Positions 9,085 through 21,099 are shown, counted from the first letter of the stretch. The stretch: 64,000 nt of DNA from an uncultured delta proteobacterium (GCA_963730275.1 CAVSRI010000002.1:25704-89703); one strand, 5' to 3'. Numbers and translations are program-made. The notes: a model not told the origin generated them from the sequence alone.

Positions 9085-10134
9085 GTGCCTGTAAATATTG
9101 ACCCTGCAAACATTCCGGTAATATTATTGTACAACGTGAATCCGGACTGGACACAAAAGGAAAAAGACGAGGTGATAACCGTATCGTCTCAATTGGGTCA
9201 TTCATTGATAGAAGAGGGGCACCCTACTGTTTTTGTCCCCATTTTTGATGATGATATAGCGAGTCATCTTAATACTTTCAGTCCCCTGGAACATATTGTC
9301 TTTAACTGGTGTGAAAGTCTGCCTGGAACAAACCACGGCGAATGGCTCGTGGCAAAAAGAATGGAGATGCTTGGTTTTGTTTTTACCGGCGCAGACTCCA
9401 ACGCCTTGGCGCTCTCTCAAGACAAGTGTCGCGTAAAAATGATCCTTAATCAAGAAAACATACCGACGCCGATGTGGCAGATATTTAATCTGGCTGAACC
9501 TGGATCATGGGATCGTTTTCCAGCAATTGTCAAACCCGTAAACGAACACTGCTCTGAAGGCATTACGCCAGATGCCGTTGTGATGACGCCTATGGAGTTG
9601 AAAAGCAGGATATCATATATCCTGGATAAATACCGTCAACCTGTTCTGGTCGAAGACTTTGTCGATGGGCGGGAATTTCATGTCACCTTGTGGGGAAATG
9701 AACACCTTGAAATGCTGCCTCCCGCCGAAATGGACTTCTCTTTTTTCAGTAATTTAAAAGACCGGTTATGTACCTATGAATCAAAATCCATTCCCGGGTC
9801 CGATCACTATGAAAAGATAGAGACATTACTGCCGGCGCCGCTTAGTGAAAAAGAAATGCAGGCCTTGGAACAGGTGTGCAAGGCCGCCTATCGGGCTTTG
9901 GGATGCAGGGATTACGCCCGTCTTGACGTCCGGTATCAAAAAAATGTTTTTTTCATTCTGGATGTAAATCCCAACCCGGACATTAGTCACGATGCCAGCA
10001 TGGCCTGCGTCGCCGAATTTGCCGGCTTCAGTTACGGACAAATGGGAAGCCGCATCGTCCGTCTGGCCGCGAAGCGGCATCCCATCTGGGGGAAAAAACA
10101 ACCAAAAAATAAAGAAAAAAATAAATTCAAATAG
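9085..10134 (+). CDS. D-Ala-D-Ala ligase-like ATP-grasp protein
   Basis: VFNWCE, FTG, DK, PAIVKP, VLVEDFVDGREF, DYARLDVR and DVNPNP motifs. Confidence 0.88.
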   Translation: MPVNIDPANIPVILLYNVNPDWTQKEKDEVITVSSQLGHSLIEEGHPTVFVPIFDDDIASHLNTFSPLEHIVFNWCESLPGTNHGEWLVAKRMEMLGFVFTGADSNALALSQDKCRVKMILNQENIPTPMWQIFNLAEPGSWDRFPAIVKPVNEHCSEGITPDAVVMTPMELKSRISYILDKYRQPVLVEDFVDGREFHVTLWGNEHLEMLPPAEMDFSFFSNLKDRLCTYESKSIPGSDHYEKIETLLPAPLSEKEMQALEQVCKAAYRALGCRDYARLDVRYQKNVFFILDVNPNPDISHDASMACVAEFAGFSYGQMGSRIVRLAAKRHPIWGKKQPKNKEKNKFK

Positions 10135-10510
10135 AAAATCAAAAACTACCCTATTTTGGGCTCAGGTCTTGCCTGAAATTTCAGGCCATTTATTACGGCA
10201 ATAGAGATTAGTTGGCAAGGCATATACCTCGTGATATTTCTTGTCCAGTGACTAATTTTAAAATGAATAGTGTAAATGAGGACTCCTCACCGATCAATCT
10301 CCCGCAAAGAGGCGATGGATCACTATATCCGGGAAAAAGGGAAAAGTGTTTTGCCTAAAATCGCTTCACCCCTGGGAATAAAAATGTCAACGAAAAATTT
10401 GATTTCAATGAGGTAATACGAAACAGCATGTTTGCCACCGGATATATAAGTATTTACCCTTGACATGGTTTTGCGATGATGGTAATGACATCAACACTTT
10501 AGCAGAATGT

Positions 10511-10587
<77 letters not shown>

Positions 10588-10590
10588 TCT

Positions 10591-11517
10591 TCATAATAAG
10601 ATTTTCTTGATAAGGATTTTATTTTTTGCCGATTTATTTTTCAAGTGTCTTTTCTTTTTTTCTTCGTATAAATGCTTATCGGCTTTGTCCAGTAAGTCCT
10701 GTAGCGAAAATTTCAAATTAGGATGAAAATTAGCTATGCCCATGCTCAAAGAAAGATTCTTTTTCTCTTTTTTATTATAGTTATTTATATTTTCTTGAAG
10801 CCGGTAAATAGTTCTTTCCGCGCTGTAACCTCCAGTATCAGGAATTAAAACAACAAATTCATCACCTCCGATACGAGCAATAATATCGGAATCGCGAAAT
10901 GAATAACGTAATATATCGGCTACTTTTTTTAAAACCAGGTCACCTTGGAGGTGGCCAAAAGCATCGTTGATTTTTTTCATGTCATCGATGTCGGAAAAAA
11001 TTAAGTAGAAATTTTTGTGCATACGCTCGGCAAGTTTAAGGTGATGTTCGGCAAGAGTAAAAAACCCACGGCGGTTAAAGAGCCCGGTTAAGTCGTCAAT
11101 CAAAGCAAGACTGCTCACAGCATCTTGCAGCTTTTGTCTTTCAATCGCGAAGCGGATCACGCGGAATATTATCTCCGGGTTTATTTTTTGTTTGACAAGA
11201 TAGTCCTGGGCGCCTTCTTGAACGGCGCACAGAGCAATTTCTTCATCATCAATGCCGGTAAGGACGACGATGGGGATCCTCAATACTTGAGATTTTAACT
11301 TGATTAAAGTATCCAATCGTTGACTATCCGGTAATCCTAAATCCAATAGAATAATGTCTATGATCTTGTCAGCAAGAATAGAAAGTCCTTCGGCCAGCGA
11401 ACCTACAAGGGTAATCTCATAACGCTGAGAAGAAATATCTTTCAGCGTTTCAGTAAATAGCCGTGCATCACCGGGATTATCTTCGAACAAAAGTATTTTA
11501 ATGGGTTTATTAAACAT
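10591..11517 (-). CDS. Response regulator-diguanylate cyclase (REC-GGDEF)
   Basis: LLFEDN and LLDLGLPD receiver; DDLTGLFNRR, RDSD, GGDEF. Confidence 0.93.
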   Translation of the reverse strand: MFNKPIKILLFEDNPGDARLFTETLKDISSQRYEITLVGSLAEGLSILADKIIDIILLDLGLPDSQRLDTLIKLKSQVLRIPIVVLTGIDDEEIALCAVQEGAQDYLVKQKINPEIIFRVIRFAIERQKLQDAVSSLALIDDLTGLFNRRGFFTLAEHHLKLAERMHKNFYLIFSDIDDMKKINDAFGHLQGDLVLKKVADILRYSFRDSDIIARIGGDEFVVLIPDTGGYSAERTIYRLQENINNYNKKEKKNLSLSMGIANFHPNLKFSLQDLLDKADKHLYEEKKKRHLKNKSAKNKILIKKILL

Positions 11518-11526
11518 CGAAATATT

Positions 11527-11967
11527 TTATGGAAGTTTAACTGTTTTTAACCAAAAATCTTCGATTAGTTTGACTACATTAAAAAACTGTTTCAAATCAA
11601 CGGGTTTAGTTATGTAACAGTTTGCCTGTAGATTGTAAGCATTTATTATATCTTGTTGGGCTTCAGAACTGGTAAGGACTACAACGGGAATATGCTTTAA
11701 TACCGGATCTGTTTTAATTTCCGCAAGGACCTCCCGACCATCTTTACGGGGCATGTTAAGATCAAGTAAAACAAGATCAGGGCAGGAAGATTTTTTGTAA
11801 GCGCCTTCTTTGCGCAAAAAAGAAAGAGCTGCCTCGCCATCTCCGACAACGGTCAGTTTATTGCAAGTTTCTCCCTCTTTAAACGCTTCCTTAATGAGAA
11901 TTACGTCACCGGGATTATCTTCAATAAGCAGAATATCGATCATTTTTTGTTGTCTGTCATTAACCAT
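11527..11967 (-). CDS. Single-domain response regulator (Rcp1-like)
   Basis: [30 protein letters not shown] tail. Confidence 0.93.
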   Translation of the reverse strand: MVNDRQQKMIDILLIEDNPGDVILIKEAFKEGETCNKLTVVGDGEAALSFLRKEGAYKKSSCPDLVLLDLNMPRKDGREVLAEIKTDPVLKHIPVVVLTSSEAQQDIINAYNLQANCYITKPVDLKQFFNVVKLIEDFWLKTVKLP

Positions 11968-11979
11968 AAAGAGCTTGTC

Positions 11980-13917
11980 TTATTGCTTGCCGGGTATGGT
12001 GAAATAAAAAGTCGAGCCATGACCAGGTTTTGATTCCACCCAGATACGGCCTCCGTGTCTTTCCACAATTTTTTTACAAATGGATAAACCAATTCCCGTT
12101 CCCGGGTATTTTGATTTATTATGCAATCTTTGAAAAATGGTAAATATCTTGTCAATATATTCTTTATCAATTCCTATACCATTATCCCGCACAGAAAACA
12201 GCCAAAAGTCACTTTTATTTACTGCCCGGATAAGTATTTCCGGTTGTTTTTTACTGTGATATTTTATCGCATTACTGATTAAATTCTGAAAGAGTTGGAC
12301 CAGTTGCGTATAATCGGCAGGAATTGTCGGTAAATGATCTATATTGATTATAGCGTCGTTTTCTTTAATCGTTTTGCTTAAATTAGATAGGGCATGGCTG
12401 ATGACGATATTGAAATTGGTCGGTTCCAAAGTTTTGCCGTGGGTGCCCACGCGCGAATATTTTAACAGATCATTGATTAACCTTTGCATATGGGATGCAC
12501 CATCAACGGCATAAGATATGAATTCATCGGCATCCTTATCCAGTTTCCCTTGATACCTGTGTTGCAGTAACTGGACAAAACTAGTTATCATGCGCAGTGG
12601 CTCCTGTAGGTCGTGTGAAGCAACATAAGCAAATTGGGCCAGGTCGGTATTGGAGCGTTCCAGTTCTTGAGTCAATTTTTTCATTTGTTCGGCTGCTTGT
12701 TTGCGTTCCGTAATGTCTCTGATGATGGCTTGAAAGTATTTTTCTCCTTTTAAGATGATGGTATTGAAGGTTAATTCCGCATCAAATATACTTCCATCGC
12801 AGCGGATAAAACGCCATTCCAGAAAAAGCGTTTCACCTTTCAGAGCTTTTTGTATTTTTTCTTTGGCGATGTCCTTGGAAAGAAGGCCGTCCGGCTGGAA
12901 TTCCGGCATAAATTCCCATGTCGGATGTCCAATAAGCTGCTCGCGAGTACCGCGAAACATTTTTAATGTGGCTAAGTTACAATCAGTTATTAATTCATTA
13001 TTTATTAGAATAATGGTATCGATTGCTGATTCAAATAGTGTCCGGTATTTTGCTTCGCCTTCTTTTAGGGCTATTTCAGTGGTTTTTCTTTCAGTTATAT
13101 CACGGACAATTGCCTGGAGATATTTTTTTCCGCTTAATTTAACGATGGTAAAAGTCAACTCAGAATCAAAAATGGTTCCGTCATAACGGCAATGCTTAAT
13201 TTCAAAAGTGGAAGTCTCGCCGTGAAGAGCGGATTTAATTGCTTCTATTACCAGAGCTAAAGTTGGTTTGCCGTCCGGCTGAAATTCCGGCCAAAATTTT
13301 TGTGGATTCGCGGCAAGAAATTCTTTGCGGCTGCAACCAAACATGTCTAGTGTCTTCTGATTGCAGTCAATAAAGCGATCGCGATCTATTAAAATAATCG
13401 TGTCGCTGGCGGACTCGAATAATGTGCGAAATTTTGCTTCGCTCTCATTAAGAGCTTCTTCAGCTAATTTTCGATCGGTTATATCGATTAGGGAGGCGAT
13501 GCTTTTTTTTGTACCAGGGATGACGGTTTCGGTATTAACAATGTATTTCATTTGGTTTAACTTATTAATCATTCGGAATTCATAATGGTCAGGAGCGGCA
13601 TCGGGATCAAGACGTCGCAAAACATGATAATGCTTCATATATCCAATATCATCTTCGTGGGCAAAATCGGTCCACTTTATTTTTCCTTCAATTTTCTGTT
13701 TTCCAGCTCCATAAATGTTTTCAAATTGCTTATTGGCAAAAGAAATAGTCATATCATCCTCAATGATTATAGTAGCTGCACCGCTGTTTTCGAAAAAAGT
13801 ATGATAAATACTTTCTGCTTTACGGTATTGTTCATCGACAGAAGCATACTTACTACACTTCTTTTCGAGCTGATCAATTTTTTTAACAAGCTCAAGATAG
13901 GTTGGTTTTTTAGCCAT
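11980..13917 (-). CDS. Cytoplasmic PAS(x3) sensor histidine kinase
   Basis: FAYVASHDLQEPLR H-box; QNLISNAIKY, DNGIG and GTGIGL boxes; three PAS domains. Confidence 0.94.
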   Translation of the reverse strand: MAKKPTYLELVKKIDQLEKKCSKYASVDEQYRKAESIYHTFFENSGAATIIIEDDMTISFANKQFENIYGAGKQKIEGKIKWTDFAHEDDIGYMKHYHVLRRLDPDAAPDHYEFRMINKLNQMKYIVNTETVIPGTKKSIASLIDITDRKLAEEALNESEAKFRTLFESASDTIILIDRDRFIDCNQKTLDMFGCSRKEFLAANPQKFWPEFQPDGKPTLALVIEAIKSALHGETSTFEIKHCRYDGTIFDSELTFTIVKLSGKKYLQAIVRDITERKTTEIALKEGEAKYRTLFESAIDTIILINNELITDCNLATLKMFRGTREQLIGHPTWEFMPEFQPDGLLSKDIAKEKIQKALKGETLFLEWRFIRCDGSIFDAELTFNTIILKGEKYFQAIIRDITERKQAAEQMKKLTQELERSNTDLAQFAYVASHDLQEPLRMITSFVQLLQHRYQGKLDKDADEFISYAVDGASHMQRLINDLLKYSRVGTHGKTLEPTNFNIVISHALSNLSKTIKENDAIINIDHLPTIPADYTQLVQLFQNLISNAIKYHSKKQPEILIRAVNKSDFWLFSVRDNGIGIDKEYIDKIFTIFQRLHNKSKYPGTGIGLSICKKIVERHGGRIWVESKPGHGSTFYFTIPGKQ

Positions 13918-13927
13918 AAGATAAAAG

Positions 13928-14923
13928 TCAACTGAAAGAATATTCCTTGTCTTGAAATAATCTTAAGCAACTTTTCACAGCCGCCGGATCATAAAGAATA
14001 TCTTGTTTCCGGGTAATTTCATCTATAGCTTCCTTGGTTCCATAAGCCGGTCGGTAGGGACGATGTGAAGCTATTGCTTCCACTACATCAGCTACAGCAA
14101 GAACTTTAGCTTCCAATAAAATATCGCCATTTTTTAAACCGGACGGGTAGCCGCTGCCATTGAGCCTTTCATGATGTTGTAAAACGGTTTTGGCAATGGG
14201 CCAAGGAAAATCAATTTCCTTCAATATATCGTATCCAACCTGCGGATGAATTTTTATCAAGCTAAGCTCCAGGTTGGAAAGTAAGGAGGGCTTACTGAGA
14301 ATTTCAGCCGGGATGGAAATTTTACCGATATCATGTATCATGCCGGCTAATTGAATGCCTTCGACTTTTTCCGGGGCGAGATTCATTTCCTGGGCCATGG
14401 CCAGAGCCAGGTCGGCGGTGCGTCTCTGGTGACCAGCGGTGTAAGGATCCCTTATTTCCACAGCCATGGCCATTGCTTTCACTGTTCCGTTCAAAGCCCT
14501 GGTGAATTTTTCTAAGCTTCGTTTTAATTCTTCCTCATAATTTTTCCTCTCAATAGCGTAACGAATAACACGGGATAACATGCTTCCGGTGATAGAGCCT
14601 TTAATTAAATAGTCTTGAGCTCCCCGGCGCACAGCTTCAATGGCGACACTCTCATCATTGAGACCGGTTAAAACAATTATCGGAATGGAAGATTTTTTAG
14701 CACGTAAATATTCGATAGCGCCGAGACCTTGGTTATCCGGCAATCCTAAATCCAAAAGAACGGCATCAATATTTTGCGAAACAAGACATTTCAGACCTTT
14801 AGATAAAAGATCAACACATTGCAGATTAAAGTGATCATCGGTATCAATGAGTAATTCACGAATTAATCTAAAATCACCGGGGTTATCTTCGAGCAGAAGA
14901 ATATTGATCGCCTTATCTTTCAT
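13928..14923 (-). CDS. Response regulator-HD-GYP phosphodiesterase
   Basis: Receiver domain; DPYTAGH, HDIGK, HHERLNGSGYP. Confidence 0.94.
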   Translation of the reverse strand: MKDKAINILLLEDNPGDFRLIRELLIDTDDHFNLQCVDLLSKGLKCLVSQNIDAVLLDLGLPDNQGLGAIEYLRAKKSSIPIIVLTGLNDESVAIEAVRRGAQDYLIKGSITGSMLSRVIRYAIERKNYEEELKRSLEKFTRALNGTVKAMAMAVEIRDPYTAGHQRRTADLALAMAQEMNLAPEKVEGIQLAGMIHDIGKISIPAEILSKPSLLSNLELSLIKIHPQVGYDILKEIDFPWPIAKTVLQHHERLNGSGYPSGLKNGDILLEAKVLAVADVVEAIASHRPYRPAYGTKEAIDEITRKQDILYDPAAVKSCLRLFQDKEYSFS

Positions 14924-15188
14924 TGAGTTGAGAGGAGAATCCTTATATTTATCTTTTTTATATATCCTGAAATTAAATCAAAGTCAAAAAAATATAATTA
15001 CAAAAACCGAAAAATTATTGGTAATTACGTGCAGACGATTTTTCAAGACATTTTTCTTGCGTAAAAGAAGATAGTCAAATACATGAGCTCACAAAGAACT
15101 TAATTCAACTGGGTTTGTTTGTATTCGTTCATAATAATCCGCGTTGACATTTTTGGGTGTAATGAATATATAACTTTGTTAATCCAAA

Positions 15189-15275
15189 GCGAGAGTGGCG
15201 GAATTGGAAGACGCACTGGACTTAGGATCCAGCCCGCCTATGCGGATAGGGGTTCAAATCCCCTCTCTCGCACCA
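15189..15275 (+). tRNA. tRNA-Leu(TAG)
   Basis: Anticodon arm CTGGA-CTTAGGA-TCCAG, long variable arm, CCA end. Confidence 0.97.
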
Positions 15276-15322
15276 ATCTTCAAAGAAATTTGTAAATATT
15301 TCAAAATTAAGGAGATGTAATA

Positions 15323-16645
15323 GTGAGTCAGGTTGCAATGAATATTGAAGAACTAAGCTCTGTAAAGAAAAAGCTTTCCTTTGAAATTCCCTGGGATGAA
15401 GTTAAAAACGAACTTGACACTGTATATCGAGATATTGGGAAAAAGGCCAAAATTAAGGGTTTTCGCGCGGGAAAAATCCCCCGTAAAGTATTGGAAAATT
15501 ATTTTAAGGAACAAGCGGAAAATGAAACCATCAACAATATCGTTAATAGATTCTATTGGCAGGCGCTGGAAGAAAAGAGAATAGTTGCACTTTCCAGACC
15601 GGATATAGACCAGGAAGGATTGAAAGAAAACTCCGATTTTTCTTTTTCGGCTTCTTTCGAAACAGAGCCAGAATTTGAGCCCCAGGGATATAAGGGAATG
15701 GAATTGGAAAAAGAAATATTTAAAGTAACAGAAAATGATATGGACAAGAGAATCAATGAATTAAAGCAGATGTTTGCGACAATGGAAGAAGTTAAAGATG
15801 ACCGTCATGCTGTAAAAGGAGATTTTGTCATAATGGACTTTGCGGGGAATCTTGATGGAGAATTGCCTAAAGAGCTGAAAGCCGATAATTATTTCTTGGA
15901 AATCGGGTCACAGCGGTTTATTTCCGGTTTTGAGGAACAGCTAATCGGCATGAGAAAAGAAGAGGAAAAATCGATAAAAGTGGTCTTCCCCAAAGATTAT
16001 CACGATAAAAAATTTGCCGATAAAGAAGTAACGTTCGATGTAACAATAAAAAACATAAAAGAAAAAAAACTGCCAGAATTTGATGAAAATTTTATAAAGA
16101 ATTTTGATAAATATGACTCTTTAGAAGATTTAAAAAACGATGTACGCAAATCTTTGGAAGAAGAATCTCAGCGCTTGTCGGAAATGAATTTGCACAATAA
16201 GATTACGGAAATTCTCCGCAAAGAGAATGACTTTGAGGTTCCTCCATCGCTGATAGAGAGGCAAATTTTTTACATGATGGCCGATACGCAAAGAAGAATG
16301 ATTTCCGCGGGTATGGATGAAAAAACCGCTACGGAACTGAGCTTTAAAATGCACGATAAATTTAAAGATGAAGCCGTCAAAACTGTCAAAACTTTTTTGT
16401 TGATAAAGAAAATTGCCCAAAAAGAATCATGGGGATTAGAAGAAGGCTATATAGAGAAGCATATTCAGGAATTAGCCCTTAAATACGGAAGGGATCATGA
16501 ATTATTGAAAAAAACATATGAAAATAAGGAAAATAGGAATAATCTCGAGGTAGAATTAGTCCAAAAAAAGGTATTTGACTTTATTGAACAAAGTGCGAAT
16601 ATTAAGGTTATTGAAAAAAAAGGTCTGGACGCGGAGGTTAAATAG
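15323..16645 (+). CDS. tig: Trigger factor
   Basis: GFRAGKIP ribosome-binding motif; FKBP-type domain; upstream of clpP. Confidence 0.97.
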   Translation: MSQVAMNIEELSSVKKKLSFEIPWDEVKNELDTVYRDIGKKAKIKGFRAGKIPRKVLENYFKEQAENETINNIVNRFYWQALEEKRIVALSRPDIDQEGLKENSDFSFSASFETEPEFEPQGYKGMELEKEIFKVTENDMDKRINELKQMFATMEEVKDDRHAVKGDFVIMDFAGNLDGELPKELKADNYFLEIGSQRFISGFEEQLIGMRKEEEKSIKVVFPKDYHDKKFADKEVTFDVTIKNIKEKKLPEFDENFIKNFDKYDSLEDLKNDVRKSLEEESQRLSEMNLHNKITEILRKENDFEVPPSLIERQIFYMMADTQRRMISAGMDEKTATELSFKMHDKFKDEAVKTVKTFLLIKKIAQKESWGLEEGYIEKHIQELALKYGRDHELLKKTYENKENRNNLEVELVQKKVFDFIEQSANIKVIEKKGLDAEVK

Positions 16646-17277
16646 TGAATTTAATTCCCATGGTGGTGGAACAAGATGGTCGGGGCGAACGCGCTTTTGA
16701 CATCTTTTCACGTCTCTTAAAAGATCGTATAATTTTTCTGGGTACAACTATTGATGATAATATAGCAAATTTGGTTGTCGCTCAGATGCTTTATTTAGAA
16801 TCGGAAGACCCGGATAAAGAAATCTTTTTTTACTTAAATTCTCCCGGAGGTCAGGTAAGTTCGGGTATGGCTATTTATGATACGATGCAATATATTAAGT
16901 CTCCAATTTCGACGGTTTGCATGGGACAAGCAGCAAGCATGGCAGCTCTGCTTTTGGCGGCTGGGAAAAAAGGGAAACGATTTGCGCTGCCCCATTCGCG
17001 TATTTTAATCCATCAACCTTTGGGAGGCTTTCAAGGGCAGGCAACCGATATTGATATACAGGCAAAAGAAATATTAAGATTAAAAGACGAGTTAAATCGA
17101 ATTTTAGCTGATTTGACAGGAAAGTCTCTTTCCAAGATAATTAACGATACCGAACGTGATTATTTTATGAATAGTGAGCAAGCTAAAGAATATGGTTTAA
17201 TTGATGAAATTATAATTCGCAAGCCAACGTCCGCAGCCAACAAAAAAAAAGGAGAATTAAGTGATAAAGAAAAGTAA
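16645..17277 (+). CDS. clpP: Clp protease proteolytic subunit
   Basis: [27 protein letters not shown]. Confidence 0.98.
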   Translation: MNLIPMVVEQDGRGERAFDIFSRLLKDRIIFLGTTIDDNIANLVVAQMLYLESEDPDKEIFFYLNSPGGQVSSGMAIYDTMQYIKSPISTVCMGQAASMAALLLAAGKKGKRFALPHSRILIHQPLGGFQGQATDIDIQAKEILRLKDELNRILADLTGKSLSKIINDTERDYFMNSEQAKEYGLIDEIIIRKPTSAANKKKGELSDKEK

Positions 17278-18523
17278 AGATAATCGAATTGGCCAAGGCA
17301 TGCTTTTTTGTTCTTTTTGCGGAAAAATGCAGAGCGAGGTGCGAAAACTGGTTGCCGGTCCTACAGCATATATCTGCGACGAGTGCATTGAGCTTTGTCG
17401 TTATATTATTGAAGAAGAAGAAGATAAGACAATAGAGAAAGATTCCAAAAATGTTTTGCTGCAACCAAAAGAAATCAAGAAATATCTGGATCAATACGTA
17501 ATCGGTCAGGATAAGACCAAGAAGATACTTTCGGTTGCCGTTTATAATCATTACAAAAGATTGTTTTCCAACGTTGATTCCGACGGTATAGAGATTCAAA
17601 AAAGCAATGTGCTTCTAATCGGGCCGACAGGTTCGGGAAAAACACTCCTGGCGAAAACACTGGCGAAATTCCTCAATGTTCCTTTCACTATCGCCGATGC
17701 TACAACTTTAACTGAGGCCGGCTACGTCGGAGAAGACGTGGAAAACATTATTTTAAGTTTATTACAAAATGCCGATTATGATGTGGCCCGGGCATCCAAA
17801 GGCATTGTCTATATCGATGAAATAGACAAAATTGCGAAGAAATCCGGGAATCCTTCCATAACCAGAGACGTTTCCGGTGAAGGAGTCCAGCAGGCTTTAT
17901 TAAAAATTATGGAGGGAACAATGGCCAACATTCCACCCAAAGGCGGCCGCAAGCATCCCCAGCAGGAATTCATTCAGGTGGATACAACAAATATTTTATT
18001 TATATGCGGCGGAGCGTTTAATGATTTAGAAAACATCATCTCCAAGCGATTGGGAGTTAACGCGATGGGCTTTGGTGCCGAAATTAAGAGTAAAAAAGAA
18101 AAAAGGTCTGGTGAATTGCTGGCCGAAACGCGGGCGGAAGATTTATTAAAGTTTGGATTAATACCCGAATTCATCGGCCGTTTACCGGTTATCGCCACGT
18201 TGGATGATTTGGATGAAACGACTTTGATTCGAATTTTACTTGAACCCAAGGACGCTATTACCAAGCAGTATAAAAAATTATTCGCTTTGGAAAATGTGAC
18301 TTTGAAATTTACGGACGGGGCTCTACGCGCTGTAGCTAAGTTATCAATGGAAAGAAAATCGGGTGCGCGTGGCCTGCGCTCCATTCTGGAAAATACAATG
18401 CTGGAAGTCATGTATGATATACCTTCTCAGAATGATATTAAGGAATGCGTCATTAGTGAAGAAGTGGTTTTAAAGAAAGAAAAACCGATTTTAATTTACG
18501 AAGGAAAATCTGAATCTGCTTAA
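17261..18523 (+). CDS. clpX: Clp protease ATP-binding subunit
   Basis: CSFC/ICDEC zinc finger, [16 protein letters not shown]. Confidence 0.98.
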   Translation: MIKKSKDNRIGQGMLFCSFCGKMQSEVRKLVAGPTAYICDECIELCRYIIEEEEDKTIEKDSKNVLLQPKEIKKYLDQYVIGQDKTKKILSVAVYNHYKRLFSNVDSDGIEIQKSNVLLIGPTGSGKTLLAKTLAKFLNVPFTIADATTLTEAGYVGEDVENIILSLLQNADYDVARASKGIVYIDEIDKIAKKSGNPSITRDVSGEGVQQALLKIMEGTMANIPPKGGRKHPQQEFIQVDTTNILFICGGAFNDLENIISKRLGVNAMGFGAEIKSKKEKRSGELLAETRAEDLLKFGLIPEFIGRLPVIATLDDLDETTLIRILLEPKDAITKQYKKLFALENVTLKFTDGALRAVAKLSMERKSGARGLRSILENTMLEVMYDIPSQNDIKECVISEEVVLKKEKPILIYEGKSESA

Positions 18524-18541
18524 AGAATATACGGGAAAAAT

Positions 18542-20947
18542 ATGTTTGAAGAAAAAAAACTAGATGACCAGGGAAAAACGATTGTGATGCCGCTTTTGCC
18601 TCTGCGTGATGTTGTAGTCTTCCCCCATATGATCGTGCCCTTATTTGTCGGACGCGAAAAATCGATTGCTGCGCTGGAGTCGGCAATGAAGTATGAGAAA
18701 GGCATTTTCATGGTTGCTCAGAAAAATGCCAAAAAAGATGATCCGAGCCAGGAAGATATTTACAATATCGGTACCATCGGCATTATCATTCAACTTTTAC
18801 GCCTGCCGGATGGAACGGTCAAAGTGCTGGTTGAAGGAAAAACTCGCGGTGTCACAAAAGAATATTTGCCCAATAATGATTTTTTTCTGGTCAAAGTAAA
18901 TGAGATCGAAGATATTGATGATCAAAATGACGTCAAAAAGCAAGCGCTAATACGCAGCGTCAAAGAATCTTTTGAGCTTTATCTGAAACTCAGCAAAAAA
19001 ATTCACGTGGAAATGATGGGAACAATTGCCGCTATTGAAGATGCCTCCAAGCTGGCCGATGTTGTCATTACCCATATTAATGTGAAGCTGGAAGATAAAC
19101 AAAGAATTATAGAGATATTCAATATTGGCGAACGTCTGGAAGCAATTTATTCACTGATGCTTTCGGAAATAGAAATCCTACAGGTTGAGGAAAAGATAAA
19201 GCGGCGCGTTAAAAAGCAGATGGAGAAAACGCAGAAGGATTATTATCTCAATGAACAAATGCGGGCTATTCAGAAGGAAATGGGAGAAAAAGACGATTTT
19301 CGTAATGAAATAGTCGAACTGGAAAAGCGTTTAAAGCAAAAGAAGATGTCCGAAGAGGCAGCGAAAAAAGCCCGGCAGGAAATTAAAAAATTACAAATGA
19401 TGGCACCCATGTCCGCTGAGGCTACGGTTGTCAGAAATTATATTGACTGGCTGTTGGATATGCCCTGGGCGGATAAAACGGAAAATAAATATACCTTGAA
19501 AGAATCGGAAACTATTCTGGAAGAAGATCATTACGGATTAAAAAAGGTTAAGGAGCGCATTATCGAATACCTTGCCGTTCAAGCTTTGGTCAAGAAGAAT
19601 AAAGGTCCGATTTTGTGTTTGGTCGGTCCTCCCGGGGTGGGTAAAACATCTATTGCGAAATCAGTGGCCCGAGCCACAAATAGAAAGTTTGTGCGTATTT
19701 CTCTGGGAGGCGTTCGTGACGAAGCCGAGATCCGCGGCCATCGCCGCACTTATATTGGAGCTATGCCGGGAAAAATTATCCAGTCTTTAAAAAAGGCCGG
19801 TTCCAACAATCCTGTCTTCTGTCTGGATGAAGTGGATAAGCTCAGCTCCGATTTCAGAGGGGATCCGTCATCGGCTCTGCTGGAGGTTCTGGATCCCGAG
19901 CAGAATTTCGCTTTTAACGACAATTACTTGGATGTGGATTATGATTTGTCCGACATCATGTTCATTACCACGGCCAATATTTTACAGACAATTCCGGCTC
20001 CCCTGCAGGACAGAATGGAAGTGATCAGAATAGCGGGGTATACGGAACCGGAAAAATTACAGATAGCGAAAAAGTTTTTGATTGCTAAGCAAATGGAAGC
20101 GAATGGTTTATTGGCCGAAAATATTGAGTTCACTAAAGGAGCGTTGCTTCGGATTATACGCCAATACACCCGGGAAGCCGGTGTGCGAAACCTGGAGCGC
20201 GAAATTGCTTCCATCTGTCGCAAAGTAGCTAAAGAAATAGTCAGTAACGGCAACAAGAAAAAATTAGTTATTACTTCCAAGTCTATCATCAAATATTTAA
20301 GTGTACCCAAGTTTCGTCACGGGGAAACAGAAGGGAAGAATGAAATTGGTTTGACAATTGGTTTAGCCTGGACAGAGGTTGGCGGGGAACTATTGGCTAT
20401 TGAAGCTTCCATCATGGAAGGTACAGGAAAGATGGTAATGACCGGAAAGTTAGGCGACGTTATGCAGGAATCTGTTCAGGCCGCGTTGACTTATATTCGT
20501 GCTCGCGCGGAAAGATTCGGCCTGTCTAAAAATTTTTACGAGAAAATCGACATTCATGTTCATGTCCCGGAAGGAGCGATTCCTAAAGACGGTCCATCCG
20601 CGGGCATTGCGATGGCTACATCTATCGCCTCGGCGCTGATGAAGAAAAAAGTGCGCGCCGATTTAGCCATGACGGGTGAAATTACATTGAGGGGCCGCGT
20701 TTTGCCGATCGGTGGATTAAAGGAAAAGATCCTAGCCGCTCACCGGGGTAACATAAAAATGGTCATTATTCCAAAAGATAATGAAAAAGATTTAGCGGAA
20801 GTTCCGCAAAACGTGCAAAATGCCCTGGAAATAGTTTTTGTCGAGCATATAGATGAAGTCTTGGATATTGCTTTTGTCAAAGATGAAGAAAATTTTAGCG
20901 AAACAATTACGACGGAAGTACCGGTCAGTGTCCAATCTGTGAATTAA
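18542..20947 (+). CDS. lon: Lon protease
   Basis: [22 protein letters not shown]. Confidence 0.98.
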   Translation: MFEEKKLDDQGKTIVMPLLPLRDVVVFPHMIVPLFVGREKSIAALESAMKYEKGIFMVAQKNAKKDDPSQEDIYNIGTIGIIIQLLRLPDGTVKVLVEGKTRGVTKEYLPNNDFFLVKVNEIEDIDDQNDVKKQALIRSVKESFELYLKLSKKIHVEMMGTIAAIEDASKLADVVITHINVKLEDKQRIIEIFNIGERLEAIYSLMLSEIEILQVEEKIKRRVKKQMEKTQKDYYLNEQMRAIQKEMGEKDDFRNEIVELEKRLKQKKMSEEAAKKARQEIKKLQMMAPMSAEATVVRNYIDWLLDMPWADKTENKYTLKESETILEEDHYGLKKVKERIIEYLAVQALVKKNKGPILCLVGPPGVGKTSIAKSVARATNRKFVRISLGGVRDEAEIRGHRRTYIGAMPGKIIQSLKKAGSNNPVFCLDEVDKLSSDFRGDPSSALLEVLDPEQNFAFNDNYLDVDYDLSDIMFITTANILQTIPAPLQDRMEVIRIAGYTEPEKLQIAKKFLIAKQMEANGLLAENIEFTKGALLRIIRQYTREAGVRNLEREIASICRKVAKEIVSNGNKKKLVITSKSIIKYLSVPKFRHGETEGKNEIGLTIGLAWTEVGGELLAIEASIMEGTGKMVMTGKLGDVMQESVQAALTYIRARAERFGLSKNFYEKIDIHVHVPEGAIPKDGPSAGIAMATSIASALMKKKVRADLAMTGEITLRGRVLPIGGLKEKILAAHRGNIKMVIIPKDNEKDLAEVPQNVQNALEIVFVEHIDEVLDIAFVKDEENFSETITTEVPVSVQSVN

Positions 20948-20969
20948 TAGTTTTCTATACTTTTATAAC

Positions 20970-20998
20970 TTGACAAGAAAAGTCAATGTTGCTAGAAG
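20970..20998 (+). promoter_or_regulatory. Sigma70-type promoter of tRNA-Val/tRNA-Asp
   Basis: TTGACA-17 nt-TAGAAG with TG extension, 25 nt before tRNA-Val. Confidence 0.55.
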
Positions 20999-21023
20999 CC
21001 TCACAGCGTTTTTGAGGAATTGC

Positions 21024-21099
21024 GGGCGGGTAGCTCAGCTGGGAGAGCGCCACGCTTACACCGTGGATGTCACAGGTTCGAGTCCTGTTCCGCCTACCA
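21024..21099 (+). tRNA. tRNA-Val(TAC)
   Basis: Anticodon arm CCACG-CTTACAC-CGTGG; CCA end. Confidence 0.97.
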
